A DNA stretch of 64,000 nucleotides. Source: Candidatus Doudnabacteria bacterium RIFCSPHIGHO2_12_FULL_48_16 (GTDB lineage Bacteria; Patescibacteriota; Doudnabacteria; UBA920; O2-02-FULL-48-8). Within the stretch, counting starts at the first letter, position 1. Every line of letters starts with the position of its first letter. Made by a program: the position numbers and the translations under genes. This document shows, piece by piece, positions 1 through 9,904 of the stretch. The notes beneath the pieces are model-generated. The model made no database searches. It was not told where the DNA came from and saw only the letters and a program-made list of their open reading frames with translations. The stretch lies in the NCBI GenBank assembly GCA_001780035.1, contig MFEY01000005.1, forward strand, positions 40,354 through 104,353, given 5' to 3'.

Positions 1-384
1 CAGGCCTTAAATTCCAATTTTTCGATGCTGACCGCGCTGGTGCCAAATTTTGAAAATGAGTTTAGCTCATTTCAAGGTTTTGGCCGTATAATCCGCGATA
101 GCGATGGGCAGCTTTTAAAAATTCAAGAATTTGTCGATGCCAGCCCCAAGGAGCGAGACATCAGGGAGGTGAACCCTGGCATTTATCTCTTCAAAACTGA
201 TTGGCTTAGGCAGCACCTGCATCTGGTGCCGAAAAACAAACATGGCGAGCACTACCTGACAGATATGCTGGAACTGGCGATCAAGGAAGGCCAGGATATT
301 GCCACGGATACGGTGGATCCTCTGGAAGTTTACGGCATCAATACGCCTCAGCAGTTAAAGCAAGCAGAAGCGTTACTAAGATAG
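1..384 (+). CDS. GlmU-like sugar-phosphate nucleotidyltransferase, C-terminal part (5'-truncated by window); no acetyltransferase domain follows
   Basis: Frame open from base 1; motifs GFGRIIRD, EVNPGIY, EHYLTD, GINT match the end of the GlmU uridyltransferase domain; stop right after. Confidence 0.8.
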   Translation, partial: QALNSNFSMLTALVPNFENEFSSFQGFGRIIRDSDGQLLKIQEFVDASPKERDIREVNPGIYLFKTDWLRQHLHLVPKNKHGEHYLTDMLELAIKEGQDIATDTVDPLEVYGINTPQQLKQAEALLR

Positions 385-408
385 CAAAATTGTCCAAAGG
401 AGGACGTT

Positions 409-714
409 ATGAAGTGGAGAGTTCATTGTTCGTTTCATTTTGTAGATCGTGCGGCCGATCTGCCGATCTACAACTATGACTTCGAAGAATCCGACCTGAA
501 AAAGGCGCATCGTCGGATCTTGACCTACGTTAAGACAAGAACGGCCAAGCTCGGTCGAGTCAGAGGAAAATGGTTTTGTCTGCTCGTGGCCATGCCATAC
601 TTGCCAAGTGGCAAAGTCCTTAACGGAGAGAAGATGGTCTGCTTGAAGCATGACTGCAGCGATCGGCGCATCATGAAGGCTACTGATCCTGACCAAGCCT
701 TTGTCTACGGTTAA
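409..714 (+). CDS. Hypothetical protein (orphan cassette)
   Basis: AAAGGAGG SD 5 nt before ATG, 101-aa ORF, hairpin AACAAGGCAGAGC/GCTCCGCCTTGTT downstream. Confidence 0.6.
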   Translation: MKWRVHCSFHFVDRAADLPIYNYDFEESDLKKAHRRILTYVKTRTAKLGRVRGKWFCLLVAMPYLPSGKVLNGEKMVCLKHDCSDRRIMKATDPDQAFVYG

Positions 715-825
715 GGTCCAAGAAAACCGATAACTCAATCGTTGAACCACAGTTTCAAACAAGGCAGAGCCCGCTCCGCCTTGTTCCCATTGAAGAGGGT
801 ATGAAATTTTGTTATGCTATCAGCC

Positions 826-1944
826 ATGAACACAGGTCCTAAAATCAAAAAAACCGTCATTGTCGGCATGTCGGGAGGAGTTGATTCCTCAGTTACCGCA
901 GTCTTGCTCAAACAGCAGGGCTTTGATGTGATTGGCGTGTTCATGAAAAATTGGAGCGAGGATTTTGGCGGTTACGGCTGCACCTGGGCCGAGGATGCGG
1001 AAGATGCCCGCAAGGTTGCCCAGGTTCTGAAAATTCCTTTTTATGTCTGGAATTTCGAGAAAGAATATCGGGCCAAGGTTGTGGACTATTTTTTGCGCGA
1101 ATACCGGGCCAACCGAACCCCCAATCCCGATGTGATGTGTAACAATGAGATTAAGTTCAAGTTTTTCTTGGATAAAGCCCTAAAGCTTGGCGCGGATTTC
1201 GTGGCGACCGGGCATTACGCGCGTATCACGAAACGCGTATCACGAAACGCGTATCACTTGCTCAAAGGCGTGGACCCGGCCAAGGACCAGAGTTATTTTT
1301 TGTATACCCTCAGGCAGAAACAGCTGGCAAAAATTTTATTTCCGATCGGGGGCTATAAAAAAAGCGAAATCCGCCGATTGGCCCGAAAATTCAAACTGCC
1401 AACTGCGGATAAAAAAGATTCCCAAGGCATTTGTTTTATCGGCAAAATCAATGTGGGTGAGTTTCTGCGCGCTCATATCCGGGCCAAGGCCGGCGATGTT
1501 GTGACCGCAACCGGCGAAAAAATCGGCCGCCACTCTGGATTGCCGTTTTACACGATCGGTCAGCGCGGCGGCATCGGAATCGGCGGGGGCGGCCCGTTTT
1601 ATGTCGTGGGCAAGGATCTCAAAAAGAATCAACTGGTCGTGACCAATAAGCCGGCGGATAAAAATTTATGGCGGCGGGAATTTTCGGTTTCAGACATCAG
1701 TTGGACCGGTCAGACCCCGAAATTGCCGCTGCGCGCCGGTGTCACGATCCGGTATCATCATCCGGAGCAGAAAGCCCTGATAGGGAGAATCCCGCCAAGA
1801 GGGCGGGCAGGCAAGAATCCCGCCAAAGGGGCGGCAAGAATCAAATTCGCAAAATCACAAAGGGCGATTACGCCTGGCCAAGCCGCGGTTTTTTATAAAA
1901 AAAATGAGTTACTCGGAGGGGGAATAATTGTTCATGTTTTTTAG
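826..1944 (+). CDS. mnmA: tRNA 2-thiouridine(34) synthase MnmA
   Basis: SGGVDS PP-loop, TPNPDVMCN, ATGHYA, KDQSYFL, DSQGICF, ITPGQAAVFY; start placed at 826, 7 nt after a TGtTATGCT -10. Confidence 0.97.
   Translation: MNTGPKIKKTVIVGMSGGVDSSVTAVLLKQQGFDVIGVFMKNWSEDFGGYGCTWAEDAEDARKVAQVLKIPFYVWNFEKEYRAKVVDYFLREYRANRTPNPDVMCNNEIKFKFFLDKALKLGADFVATGHYARITKRVSRNAYHLLKGVDPAKDQSYFLYTLRQKQLAKILFPIGGYKKSEIRRLARKFKLPTADKKDSQGICFIGKINVGEFLRAHIRAKAGDVVTATGEKIGRHSGLPFYTIGQRGGIGIGGGGPFYVVGKDLKKNQLVVTNKPADKNLWRREFSVSDISWTGQTPKLPLRAGVTIRYHHPEQKALIGRIPPRGRAGKNPAKGAARIKFAKSQRAITPGQAAVFYKKNELLGGGIIVHVF
1220..1257. repeat. Tandem 14-mer CGCGTATCACGAAA x2.7 inside mnmA
   Basis: Directly visible; encodes RITKRVSRNAYH. 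Confidence 0.9.
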
Positions 1945-1945
1945 A

Positions 1946-1983
1946 TGTAACAACCACCAACCTATCGCTTGGTGGTTGTTACA
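1946..1983. terminator. Bidirectional hairpin terminator between convergent mnmA and MaoC-like gene
   Basis: TGTAACAACCACCAA / TTGGTGGTTGTTACA inverted repeat. Confidence 0.7.
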
Positions 1984-2055
1984 GAGAGAAAAAGTGAAAG
2001 GCCGGCGGATGGAATGTCCGTCGGCCGATCAATCGTTGGCGGGAGAAACCCGGAT

Positions 2056-2508
2056 CTAGCAGAGGATCATCCCCGACCATTCGGTGGATTGGACGACCAC
2101 TTGGTCCTGGTTCACGATCTCGGCCGCAATCTTGACCTTGCGTTTGCCGAGCCGTCGGTAGACCTTCTGCTCCTTGAGCATGAGACGCAGCGCAATGCTG
2201 TCCCCGGGGTAGACGGGAGCCAGGAAGTCACACAGCATCTGCGTGAAGAATGAGCCGTCGGTGAGGCCCAGCTCGTAAGCTATACCCATGAGCTGCGCAA
2301 TGCACAGGACGCCGGGCGCGACGCGGTTGCGAAAGTCTTGCGCGCGGGCGTACTCGTCGCTGGTGTGCATTCTGTTTCGATCGCCATGCTCGGCGACGAA
2401 ACGATCAATTTTGGCCTCGTCAATCGTGACAAAATGGCTTTCGATCACATCGCCGACCTCGTCGAGGCCGCTGACACGCTGAATCTCCGTGGTGCTCGGT
2501 GTCCGCAT
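2056..2508 (-). CDS. MaoC/PhaJ-like hotdog-fold dehydratase
   Basis: FVAEHGDRNRMHTSDEYA and FLAPVYPGD motifs; AAGGAGG SD. Confidence 0.8.
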   Translation of the reverse strand: MRTPSTTEIQRVSGLDEVGDVIESHFVTIDEAKIDRFVAEHGDRNRMHTSDEYARAQDFRNRVAPGVLCIAQLMGIAYELGLTDGSFFTQMLCDFLAPVYPGDSIALRLMLKEQKVYRRLGKRKVKIAAEIVNQDQVVVQSTEWSGMILC

Positions 2509-2580
2509 AAAGCCCTCCTTAATAAGGCTGGCGAGATTGGTAAACGGAAAAACAAAAATCCAATGGCATAAGTATAAATT

Positions 2581-2610
2581 AAAAGCCCCTCTGGTTCAAG
2601 AGGGGCTTTT
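2581..2610. terminator. Intrinsic terminator after hppA
   Basis: AAAAGCCCCTCT / AGAGGGGCTTTT inverted repeat. Confidence 0.75.
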
Positions 2611-2623
2611 AATGTTGCGTTTG

Positions 2624-4621
2624 TTACACCAAGAAACTGACTATTAACAAGGCAACAATGTTGATAATCTTGATCATGGGGTTGATGGCCGGGCCGGCAG
2701 TGTCTTTGTATGGGTCGCCGACCGTATCGCCGGTTATCGCGGCCTGATGGGCTAAGGATTTTTTGCCGCCGTAATTGCCTTCTTCAATGAATTTTTTGGC
2801 ATTGTCCCAAGCGGCGCCGCCTGAAGTCATGGAGATGGCGACAAACAAACCGGTAATGATGGAACCGACCAAAACTCCGCCCAGAGCCTTAACGCCCAAG
2901 AAGGGAATGAAGCCGACGGCAATCGGGACCATAACCGGCAAGAGGGCCGGAATGATCATTTCTTTGATCGCGGCTTTGGTCACAATGTCGACGGCTCGGC
3001 CGTAATCCGGTTTGGCCGTGCCTTCCATGATTCCGGGAATTTCGCGAAACTGGCGGCGGACTTCTTCGACCACGGCATGGCCGGCGCGGCCCACGGCCTG
3101 CATGGCCATGGAGCCGAATAGGTAGGGGAGCAAAGCGCCAATCATTAATCCGGCCAAGACTTTGATATCTGAAAGGTCAAATGCCATTGGGTGCCCTAGG
3201 CCCTTGAGTTCTTCCGTATAAGAGGCAAACAAGACGACGGCGGCCAATCCAGCCGAAGCGATGGCATAACCCTTGGTTACGGCTTTGGTCGTATTGCCGA
3301 CTGCGTCGAGTGCATCGGTGTGCTCACGAACTTCTTGCGGCAGCCCGGACATTTCGGCAATGCCGCCGGCGTTGTCCGTAATCGGGCCGAACGCATCAAT
3401 GGCCACGATTATGCCGGCCATCGAAAGCATGGAGACCACGGCAATGGCCGAGCCGTAAAGGCCCATGTAGTGATAAGAAACCATAATGCCGCCGATGATA
3501 ACCAGAACCGGCAGGGCGGTGGATTGCATGGAGACAGCCAGCCCGGTGATGATGTTGGTGCCATGGCCGGTGGTTGAAGCCTCGGCGATTGATTGCACGG
3601 GCCGGTATTGTTTGGAAGTGTAGTATTCCGTGATCACCACCATGGCAGCGGTCACCACCAAGCCCACGAAGGAAGCGTAAAGCAAGCCGGTGCCGAAGAA
3701 GGGAATAAACAAGCTTTTGGTTACCCAGTAAAATCCAACCGCGGCCAGCAGGCCGGAAACGATCAGACCTTTATAGAGAGCGGCCATGATTCCCTTATTG
3801 ACCAAGCGGACGAAGAAGGTGCCGATGATCGAAGCGAAGATCGAAATGGCGCCCAAAGCGAGTGGGTAAAGAACGAAGGTCGTGTTGCCCTGGAATAAAA
3901 TATTGCCCAGGAGCATGGCGGCAATGGTCGTGACGGCATAAGTTTCAAACAGATCCGCCGCCATGCCGGCGCAGTCACCAACATTATCACCAACGTTATC
4001 GGCGATAACCGCTGGGTTTCTTGGATCATCCTCGGGAATGCCGGCTTCAATTTTGCCGACCAAATCTGCGCCGACATCGGCGCCCTTGGTAAAAATGCCG
4101 CCGCCGAGGCGAGCAAATACCGAAATCAAGCTGCCGCCGAAACCGAGGCCAATCAGCGCCTTGATGTCACCGGTAAAATGGTAAAAGAGTGAGACGGACA
4201 GTAGGCCCAAACCGACCACAAACATGCCAGTTACTGCACCGCCCCGAAAGGCCATGTCGAAAGCGGCGGTCAGGCCCTGTTTCGCGCCTTCAGCAGTGCG
4301 AACATTGGCCCGCACAGCCACAAACATTCCGATAAAGCCGGCTAAGGCCGAGGCCACGGCCCCGACAATAAACCCTTCGGCCGTATGGGCGCCGAGGAAT
4401 TTCCAGATGACAATGGCCAAAATTACAGCCACCACGCCCACGGTTTTGTATTGGCGGGCCAGATAGGCGGTAGCGCCTTCTTGGATGGCTTTGGCGATTT
4501 CCTGCATCTTTTCGTTGCCAGCCCCTTTCTGCATCACGAGCCAGGTTAGGATAAACCCATAAACAATCGCGGCCAATCCCGCGATTACGGCAAACCCGAT
4601 GATATTGGATTCGGATAACAT
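2624..4621 (-). CDS. hppA: Membrane-bound H+-translocating pyrophosphatase, K+-independent type
   Basis: [31 protein letters not shown] motifs; GNTTKA (Lys) signature of K+-independent H+-PPases. Confidence 0.96.
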   Translation of the reverse strand: MLSESNIIGFAVIAGLAAIVYGFILTWLVMQKGAGNEKMQEIAKAIQEGATAYLARQYKTVGVVAVILAIVIWKFLGAHTAEGFIVGAVASALAGFIGMFVAVRANVRTAEGAKQGLTAAFDMAFRGGAVTGMFVVGLGLLSVSLFYHFTGDIKALIGLGFGGSLISVFARLGGGIFTKGADVGADLVGKIEAGIPEDDPRNPAVIADNVGDNVGDCAGMAADLFETYAVTTIAAMLLGNILFQGNTTFVLYPLALGAISIFASIIGTFFVRLVNKGIMAALYKGLIVSGLLAAVGFYWVTKSLFIPFFGTGLLYASFVGLVVTAAMVVITEYYTSKQYRPVQSIAEASTTGHGTNIITGLAVSMQSTALPVLVIIGGIMVSYHYMGLYGSAIAVVSMLSMAGIIVAIDAFGPITDNAGGIAEMSGLPQEVREHTDALDAVGNTTKAVTKGYAIASAGLAAVVLFASYTEELKGLGHPMAFDLSDIKVLAGLMIGALLPYLFGSMAMQAVGRAGHAVVEEVRRQFREIPGIMEGTAKPDYGRAVDIVTKAAIKEMIIPALLPVMVPIAVGFIPFLGVKALGGVLVGSIITGLFVAISMTSGGAAWDNAKKFIEEGNYGGKKSLAHQAAITGDTVGDPYKDTAGPAINPMIKIINIVALLIVSFLV

Positions 4622-4663
4622 AAGTTAAAAATTTCTAAATTCTAATGACTAATTGACCTGAGC

Positions 4664-4692
4664 ATTATAGCCCAAAGTGTCGGCTTTTTCAA
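4664..4692 (-). promoter_or_regulatory. sigma70-type promoter of hppA
   Basis: TTGAAA-N17-TATAAT on minus strand. Confidence 0.75.
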
Positions 4693-4794
4693 GCTTAGAT
4701 TGAGCCCTTGATTTTTTAGTAGATTCATATATAGTAACCCTAATTACGGTTGGGGATGGACTTATCGTAAACGTGCAAAGCAATAGGAGGCATC

Positions 4795-4977
4795 GTGAGA
4801 GCAAAGACTCATACGGAAGCAAGGCCGATCGAAGACACGAGCACCAACAAATCGGTCGAGGAACTTCTCGCCGAAGCCGTGCCGCCGACGAAGCACAGGA
4901 TCCCGTGGATCCTCATCACCTTCATCCTGATCGCCGCGGGCATCGCGCTCGGTATTTTCAAGGGTGTGCTCTCGTAG
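4795..4977 (+). CDS. Small single-TM membrane protein (orphan cassette)
   Basis: AGGAGG SD before GTG; C-terminal hydrophobic helix; two downstream hairpins, the second followed by a T-tract (~5003-5045). Confidence 0.6.
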   Translation: MRAKTHTEARPIEDTSTNKSVEELLAEAVPPTKHRIPWILITFILIAAGIALGIFKGVLS

Positions 4978-5068
4978 CCGGCCGTGCGGCCGGCGCCCTT
5001 TAGAGGGTCGGGTGGACACATGTGCCGCCCGACCCTGTTTTGTTTATATGTTAAAATTAGTCCATATA

Positions 5069-5171
5069 CCCCGTTAGAAGTAAAAAAATAGTAACTGCTC
5101 TCTCGGAGGTGAATAATTTTTTATATCTTAATTCGATTATATTTTAATGTCTTCAGAAACTTCTAACGGGG
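5069..5171. mobile_element. MITE-like element, family A copy 1
   Basis: Perfect terminal IR (A)CCCCGTTAGAAGT / ACTTCTAACGGGG(T) with AT-rich interior. Confidence 0.8.
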
Positions 5172-5872
5172 TGAAATACCAAAAAGTCAGCATTGTCATT
5201 CCCGTTTACAACGAACGAGCAACGATTGAGCAGGTCTTGGCTCAGGTTCGGGCGGCGTCGACTCTTGGTTTGGAAAAAGAAATCATTCTGGTGGATGATT
5301 GTTCCACCGACGGCACGAGAGAATTTTTGGCAACTTTAATCGATGAAAATTTTAAAGTTTTTTTGCAGGATAAGAACACGGGCAAGGGCGGGGCGCTCCA
5401 TTATGGATTTGAACAAGCCAGCGGGGATATCGTGATCATCCAGGATGCGGATTTGGAGTATGATCCGGCCGATATCCAGAAAATTTTAGAGCCGTTTATG
5501 AAAAATGGCGCCGAGGTCGTCTACGGATCCCGCTACCTTCAGCCGAGCGTCGGATTAAAATTTTGGCACAGTTTTTTTAATAAACTCTTTACTCAAGTTA
5601 GTAACCTTTTGATCGGCCAGAAAATTACCGACATTATGACTTGTTACAAAGCTTTTAGCCGTAAGGCGATTGGCAGTTTCGTCCAAAAGCTGCAATCGCA
5701 GCGATTTGGGTTTGAGCCGGAAGTGACGGCGCGGGTCAGCCAGGCCGGTTTTAGAATTGTCGAAGTTCCGGTCTCATACCGCCCGCGGTCGCACACCGAA
5801 GGTAAGCATATGAATTTAAAAGGCCAGCTAGAATCGCTGGCCGCCTTGATCAAATACAGTTTATTTGGTTAG
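5147..5872 (+). CDS. GT2 glycosyltransferase, polyprenol-phosphate/DPM1-like (start may be GTG at 5171)
   Basis: VIPVYNE, VDDCSTDGT, QDADLEYDP, FGFEPEVT motifs. Confidence 0.92.
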   Translation: MSSETSNGVKYQKVSIVIPVYNERATIEQVLAQVRAASTLGLEKEIILVDDCSTDGTREFLATLIDENFKVFLQDKNTGKGGALHYGFEQASGDIVIIQDADLEYDPADIQKILEPFMKNGAEVVYGSRYLQPSVGLKFWHSFFNKLFTQVSNLLIGQKITDIMTCYKAFSRKAIGSFVQKLQSQRFGFEPEVTARVSQAGFRIVEVPVSYRPRSHTEGKHMNLKGQLESLAALIKYSLFG

Positions 5873-6639
5873 GAAATTTTACGATAGCGATAAACGGCCA
5901 GCGGCACAAACACAATCAGGAGCGCCGCGGCCCAAATTAGGGAATACCAGACATTGTCGCCCACCGGGGTGCCCAACGATAAAGCCCGGACAGTATTGGT
6001 CGTATAACTGATCGGATTGTGTTCGGCGAACCATTTGACTGGGCCGGATAAGGTATTGGTGGGCACGAAAATCGAACTGGCGAAAACGAGCGGGAAGACC
6101 CAAATAAATCCGGCGGTTTGGGCGATTTCGACGTTTTTGACAGCCAGTCCGATGGTCGCAGAAACCCAGGAAAAGGCAAAGCCGAACAAGAGCGTCAAAA
6201 GGATGGCCAGGAAATATTTGAAGAATCCATGCTCAATGCGAAATCCGATGGCGTAACCCACCAAAGTCATAACGATGATGACGAAAAAATTGCGAATCGT
6301 TTCAGAAATTGTTCGGCCGGCCAGGACCGCGGAGCGGGCCATAGGCAGGGAGCGGAACCGGTCAATCATGCCTTTGGACAAGTCATCAGCCAAGCCCACG
6401 CCAGTCATCATGGCGCCGAAGATCACGGTCTGCACGATAATTCCCGGAATCAAGTAATTGATGTATTTCGTATCCGTGTGAATCGCGCCGCCAAAGACGT
6501 AGGCAAAGAGTAGGACAAACATTACAGGTTGGATGAAAGAAAACACGATTAACTGCGGCATGCGGCGGTAGCGCAGGAGGTTGCGTTTGACCATAATCAA
6601 AATGTCAGTGAGAGTTCTATTCATTGGATTGGGTGCCAT
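5869..6639 (-). CDS. ABC-2 type exporter permease (DrrB-like)
   Basis: Six TM segments, DRFRSLPM motif, coupled to ATPase gene. Confidence 0.9.
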   Translation of the reverse strand: MAPNPMNRTLTDILIMVKRNLLRYRRMPQLIVFSFIQPVMFVLLFAYVFGGAIHTDTKYINYLIPGIIVQTVIFGAMMTGVGLADDLSKGMIDRFRSLPMARSAVLAGRTISETIRNFFVIIVMTLVGYAIGFRIEHGFFKYFLAILLTLLFGFAFSWVSATIGLAVKNVEIAQTAGFIWVFPLVFASSIFVPTNTLSGPVKWFAEHNPISYTTNTVRALSLGTPVGDNVWYSLIWAAALLIVFVPLAVYRYRKIS

Positions 6640-7717
6640 GACCGGTTAATTTCATAAACACATCGTCGAGACTGGGCCTGCGCAGAATAATATCAGAGAG
6701 TTTCAGTTGCGCGCTATCGAGGCGGCGAACTACTTCCACCAGGATTGATGGGCCTTGGCTAGTGGGCATGATCACAATGCCATTACTAGAATTGGCCTGC
6801 GGCTCACCATCTCCGAATTCTTTTATCAGCTCCGCGGCTTGACTGACGTCGTCGTGATTGGTCATGTGCAACTCCAATACATCTCCGCCGACTTGTTTTT
6901 TGAGTTCATTGGCAGTGCCTTGAGCGATGATGTGTCCGTGATCAATGACGAAGATATGATTGGCAAGCTGATCGGCCTCTTCCATGTATTGGGTGGTCAG
7001 CAGCACCGTGGTGCCTTCCTCCACCAATTCCCGGATAACATTCCAGAGCGTAAAGCGGGAGCGGGGATCCAGGCCGGTGGTCGGTTCATCCAAGAATAAA
7101 ATTTTAGGGTGGTTAACCAGGCTTGCAGCCAAATCCAACCGGCGGCGCATCCCACCAGAATAAGTTTTGACCGGCCGGTCAGCGGCGTCTTCTAAATCAA
7201 ATTGTTTGAGCAATTCGGCGGCCCGCGCTTTGGCTGTGGCTGGATTCAGGTGATAAAGTTGGCCGACCATGTCCAAATTTTCCCGGCCGCTCAAGACTTC
7301 ATCCACGGCCGCGTATTGGCCGGCCAGACCGATAGCAGAGCGCAGTTTCTGGGGTTGCGTCACGACATTTAACCCATTGACCGTGGCTTCGCCGGAAGTG
7401 GGCAATAGCAGTGTGGCGAGAATTCGAACCAAGGTCGTTTTGCCAGCGCCATTGGGCCCGAGCAGGGCTGTGACAGCACCACGCTTAACTTCCAGACTGA
7501 TATTATCGAGTGCTTTGGTTTTGTCGTATTGCTTGCTGATACCGCGCACGGAAATAATTGCATCGGCTGATGCGCCAGCGGGGCGAGGCGGTTCCAAAAC
7601 AAATTCCAAGATTTCATGAGCTTGCCAGCCAGCATCGGTGAGAGCTTTCATGATCTGTTCATTCGTGAGCCCGTGGTGACGAGCTTCTTTGATATATTGT
7701 GTAACTTGATGAGACAT
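6617..7717 (-). CDS. ABC exporter ATP-binding protein (DrrA-like) with extra N-terminal helical domain
   Basis: GPNGAGKT, YSGGM, LFLDEPTTGLDP. Confidence 0.93.
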   Translation of the reverse strand: MSHQVTQYIKEARHHGLTNEQIMKALTDAGWQAHEILEFVLEPPRPAGASADAIISVRGISKQYDKTKALDNISLEVKRGAVTALLGPNGAGKTTLVRILATLLLPTSGEATVNGLNVVTQPQKLRSAIGLAGQYAAVDEVLSGRENLDMVGQLYHLNPATAKARAAELLKQFDLEDAADRPVKTYSGGMRRRLDLAASLVNHPKILFLDEPTTGLDPRSRFTLWNVIRELVEEGTTVLLTTQYMEEADQLANHIFVIDHGHIIAQGTANELKKQVGGDVLELHMTNHDDVSQAAELIKEFGDGEPQANSSNGIVIMPTSQGPSILVEVVRRLDSAQLKLSDIILRRPSLDDVFMKLTGHGTQSNE

Positions 7718-7797
7718 AGGGTATAATTGTATCCGGTTAGCGAGAGATTCGCAAGATCTTTAAAAAGGTGACCAGATATGTTAAAATAAATTGCTTT

Positions 7798-7871
7798 TGG
7801 GGAGTAGCCAAGCGGTAAGGCAACGGACTCTGAATCCGTCATCGTAGGTTCGATCCCTACCTCCCCAGCCA
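7798..7871 (+). tRNA. tRNA-Gln (CTG)
   Basis: Cloverleaf TGGGGAG..CTCCCCA-GCCA, anticodon arm ACGGA-CTCTGAA-TCCGT, GGTTCGA T-loop. Confidence 0.96.
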
Positions 7872-7945
7872 AATAATCTTTTTATTGTGGGCGACCGAGG
7901 ATCGTTAAGAGCAACTTATTTATTTGGATTAAATCAAAATATTAT

Positions 7946-8752
7946 ATGGACATCGCTTTCATTAGTAGGACCAGTGGAGAAAAAATAAGTGACGATTTAA
8001 ATGAACGCTTGGATGAAATTGAGAAAGTAACCGGTCATAAAATTGCGGTGTATATTTTGTCTGGGTTTGATTTTGATGATGAGATTAATAAATCAAAGAA
8101 ATTATCTATTGAGATAATTAAAGTAGACGATCCGATAAGTCCTGTATCAATAAATTCTGTGCTAGAGTATATGAATAAGACAAGGAATGATCCCGAGGCG
8201 TTGTTTATCTTTTCGCAAGAAACTGTATTTACTACAGAGAACATACAAGCGCTCATTACAGAACTGCAAAATAAAGAAACATTATTAGTCGCTGGATACA
8301 AATTTGAGATTGTTGAGGATCGTGGCAAAATCAATCAAAAATTGAACGATGAGCTTAAAAGCTATTATGCAAACGAAGATTTAATTGCATATCGTGTACC
8401 TTGGAACACATGTGCGATATGGAACTATGACTTGTTTAAACAATATATTGGTAAGTTTGATGAAATAACAATGGGGAGATATCCTTTCTTTCAATTTCCA
8501 GTCACTATAGATGGGGTCTCCAGTTTAACAGATCATAAGGGTATGGAGGACGGCTTGGCTATTGCAAAAGCTGCTTCACAATCGAGAAATATTCATTTTA
8601 AATTGCTCCCAACGGCATTGCCTTGGAAAGTAACTGAAGATAAAATAAATAACCATCGTAAAAAACTGGCCAGGAAAGATTATGTCATGAGGAACTTCAT
8701 GGCCATGAGAAATTATTCAATAGAGGCTTTAGAAGCCGCCGAAGTAAAATAG
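7946..8752 (+). CDS. Hypothetical protein, AT-rich, possibly GT-A-like fold
   Basis: 268-aa ORF with visibly lower GC, directly after tRNA-Gln; no firm family motif. Confidence 0.7.
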   Translation: MDIAFISRTSGEKISDDLNERLDEIEKVTGHKIAVYILSGFDFDDEINKSKKLSIEIIKVDDPISPVSINSVLEYMNKTRNDPEALFIFSQETVFTTENIQALITELQNKETLLVAGYKFEIVEDRGKINQKLNDELKSYYANEDLIAYRVPWNTCAIWNYDLFKQYIGKFDEITMGRYPFFQFPVTIDGVSSLTDHKGMEDGLAIAKAASQSRNIHFKLLPTALPWKVTEDKINNHRKKLARKDYVMRNFMAMRNYSIEALEAAEVK

Positions 8753-8762
8753 ATTGTAATAA

Positions 8763-9899
8763 ATGGATATAAACGAAGAATCATTACAGCTGCACGAAAA
8801 GCATCGCGGCAAGTTGGAAATCAAAAGCAAAATTCCGCTTGAGGACAAACATGACTTGGCTGTGGCTTATACGCCGGGCGTGGCCGCGGTGAGCCTCGCG
8901 ATTGGCAAAGACAAAAGTTTGGCCCGCGAATACACGATCAAGCACAACACAGTTGCGATAGTCTCGGACGGCTCCGCCATCCTGGGTCTCGGAAACTTGG
9001 GACCGGAAGCGGCATTGCCGGTCATGGAAGGCAAGGCGATTTTATTTAAGCAGTTCGGCAATATTGATGCTTTCCCCATTTGCCTTGATACGCAAGACAC
9101 CGAGGAGATTATAAAGACGGTCAAACACCTGGCACCGGTGTTTGGTGGCATCAATCTGGAAGATATTTCGGCGCCGCGCTGCTTTGAAATCGAGCGGCGG
9201 CTGCGTGCGGAATTGGACATTCCAGTTATGCATGATGACCAACACGGCACGGCTGTGGTGGTCCTGGCCGCGCTGATCAATTCACTCAAGCTTCGCGGCC
9301 TGACAAAAGAGCAAGTCAAAATTGTCATTAACGGCGCGGGCGCGGCCGGATTGGCCGTAACGCAATTATTGCTCGAATACGGATTTAAAAATATAGTAGT
9401 TGGTGATACCAAAGGCGCGATTTTTGAAGGCCGGGCTGGACTCAATGACGAGAAAGTTTTAATAGCCAAATCCACGAATCGGGAAAAAATAAAAGGGGAT
9501 CTGGCTCTGATAATTAAAGCCACGGACATTTTTGTCGGCCTGAGTAAACCGAATTTGCTGTTGCCGGAGATGATTCGGAGCATGAATGAAAAACCAATTA
9601 TCCTGGCTTTGGCCAATCCGGTGCCGGAGATCATGCCGGATCAGGCCCACTCTGCCGGCGCGTTCATTGTGGCCACCGGGCGGTCGGATTTCCCCAATCA
9701 GATCAACAATGTCCTGGCTTTTCCTGGGATTTTTCGCGGCGCTTTGGACAACGGAGTTGTCCAATTTTCCTCGACAATGTTCATCAACGCCGCCAATGCC
9801 CTGGCCGGTTTTGTGCAAAATCCCGCTCCGGATAAGATTTTGCCATCCGTATTTGATCCGGGCGTGGCCGCAGCCGTGGCTAAAGCCATTATTAAATAA
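8763..9899 (+). CDS. NAD(P)-dependent malic enzyme (short type)
   Basis: AYTPGVA, GGINLEDI, HDDQHGTA, GAGAAG, ATGRSDFPNQINN. Confidence 0.95.
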   Translation: MDINEESLQLHEKHRGKLEIKSKIPLEDKHDLAVAYTPGVAAVSLAIGKDKSLAREYTIKHNTVAIVSDGSAILGLGNLGPEAALPVMEGKAILFKQFGNIDAFPICLDTQDTEEIIKTVKHLAPVFGGINLEDISAPRCFEIERRLRAELDIPVMHDDQHGTAVVVLAALINSLKLRGLTKEQVKIVINGAGAAGLAVTQLLLEYGFKNIVVGDTKGAIFEGRAGLNDEKVLIAKSTNREKIKGDLALIIKATDIFVGLSKPNLLLPEMIRSMNEKPIILALANPVPEIMPDQAHSAGAFIVATGRSDFPNQINNVLAFPGIFRGALDNGVVQFSSTMFINAANALAGFVQNPAPDKILPSVFDPGVAAAVAKAIIK

Positions 9900-9904
9900 C
9901 AACC

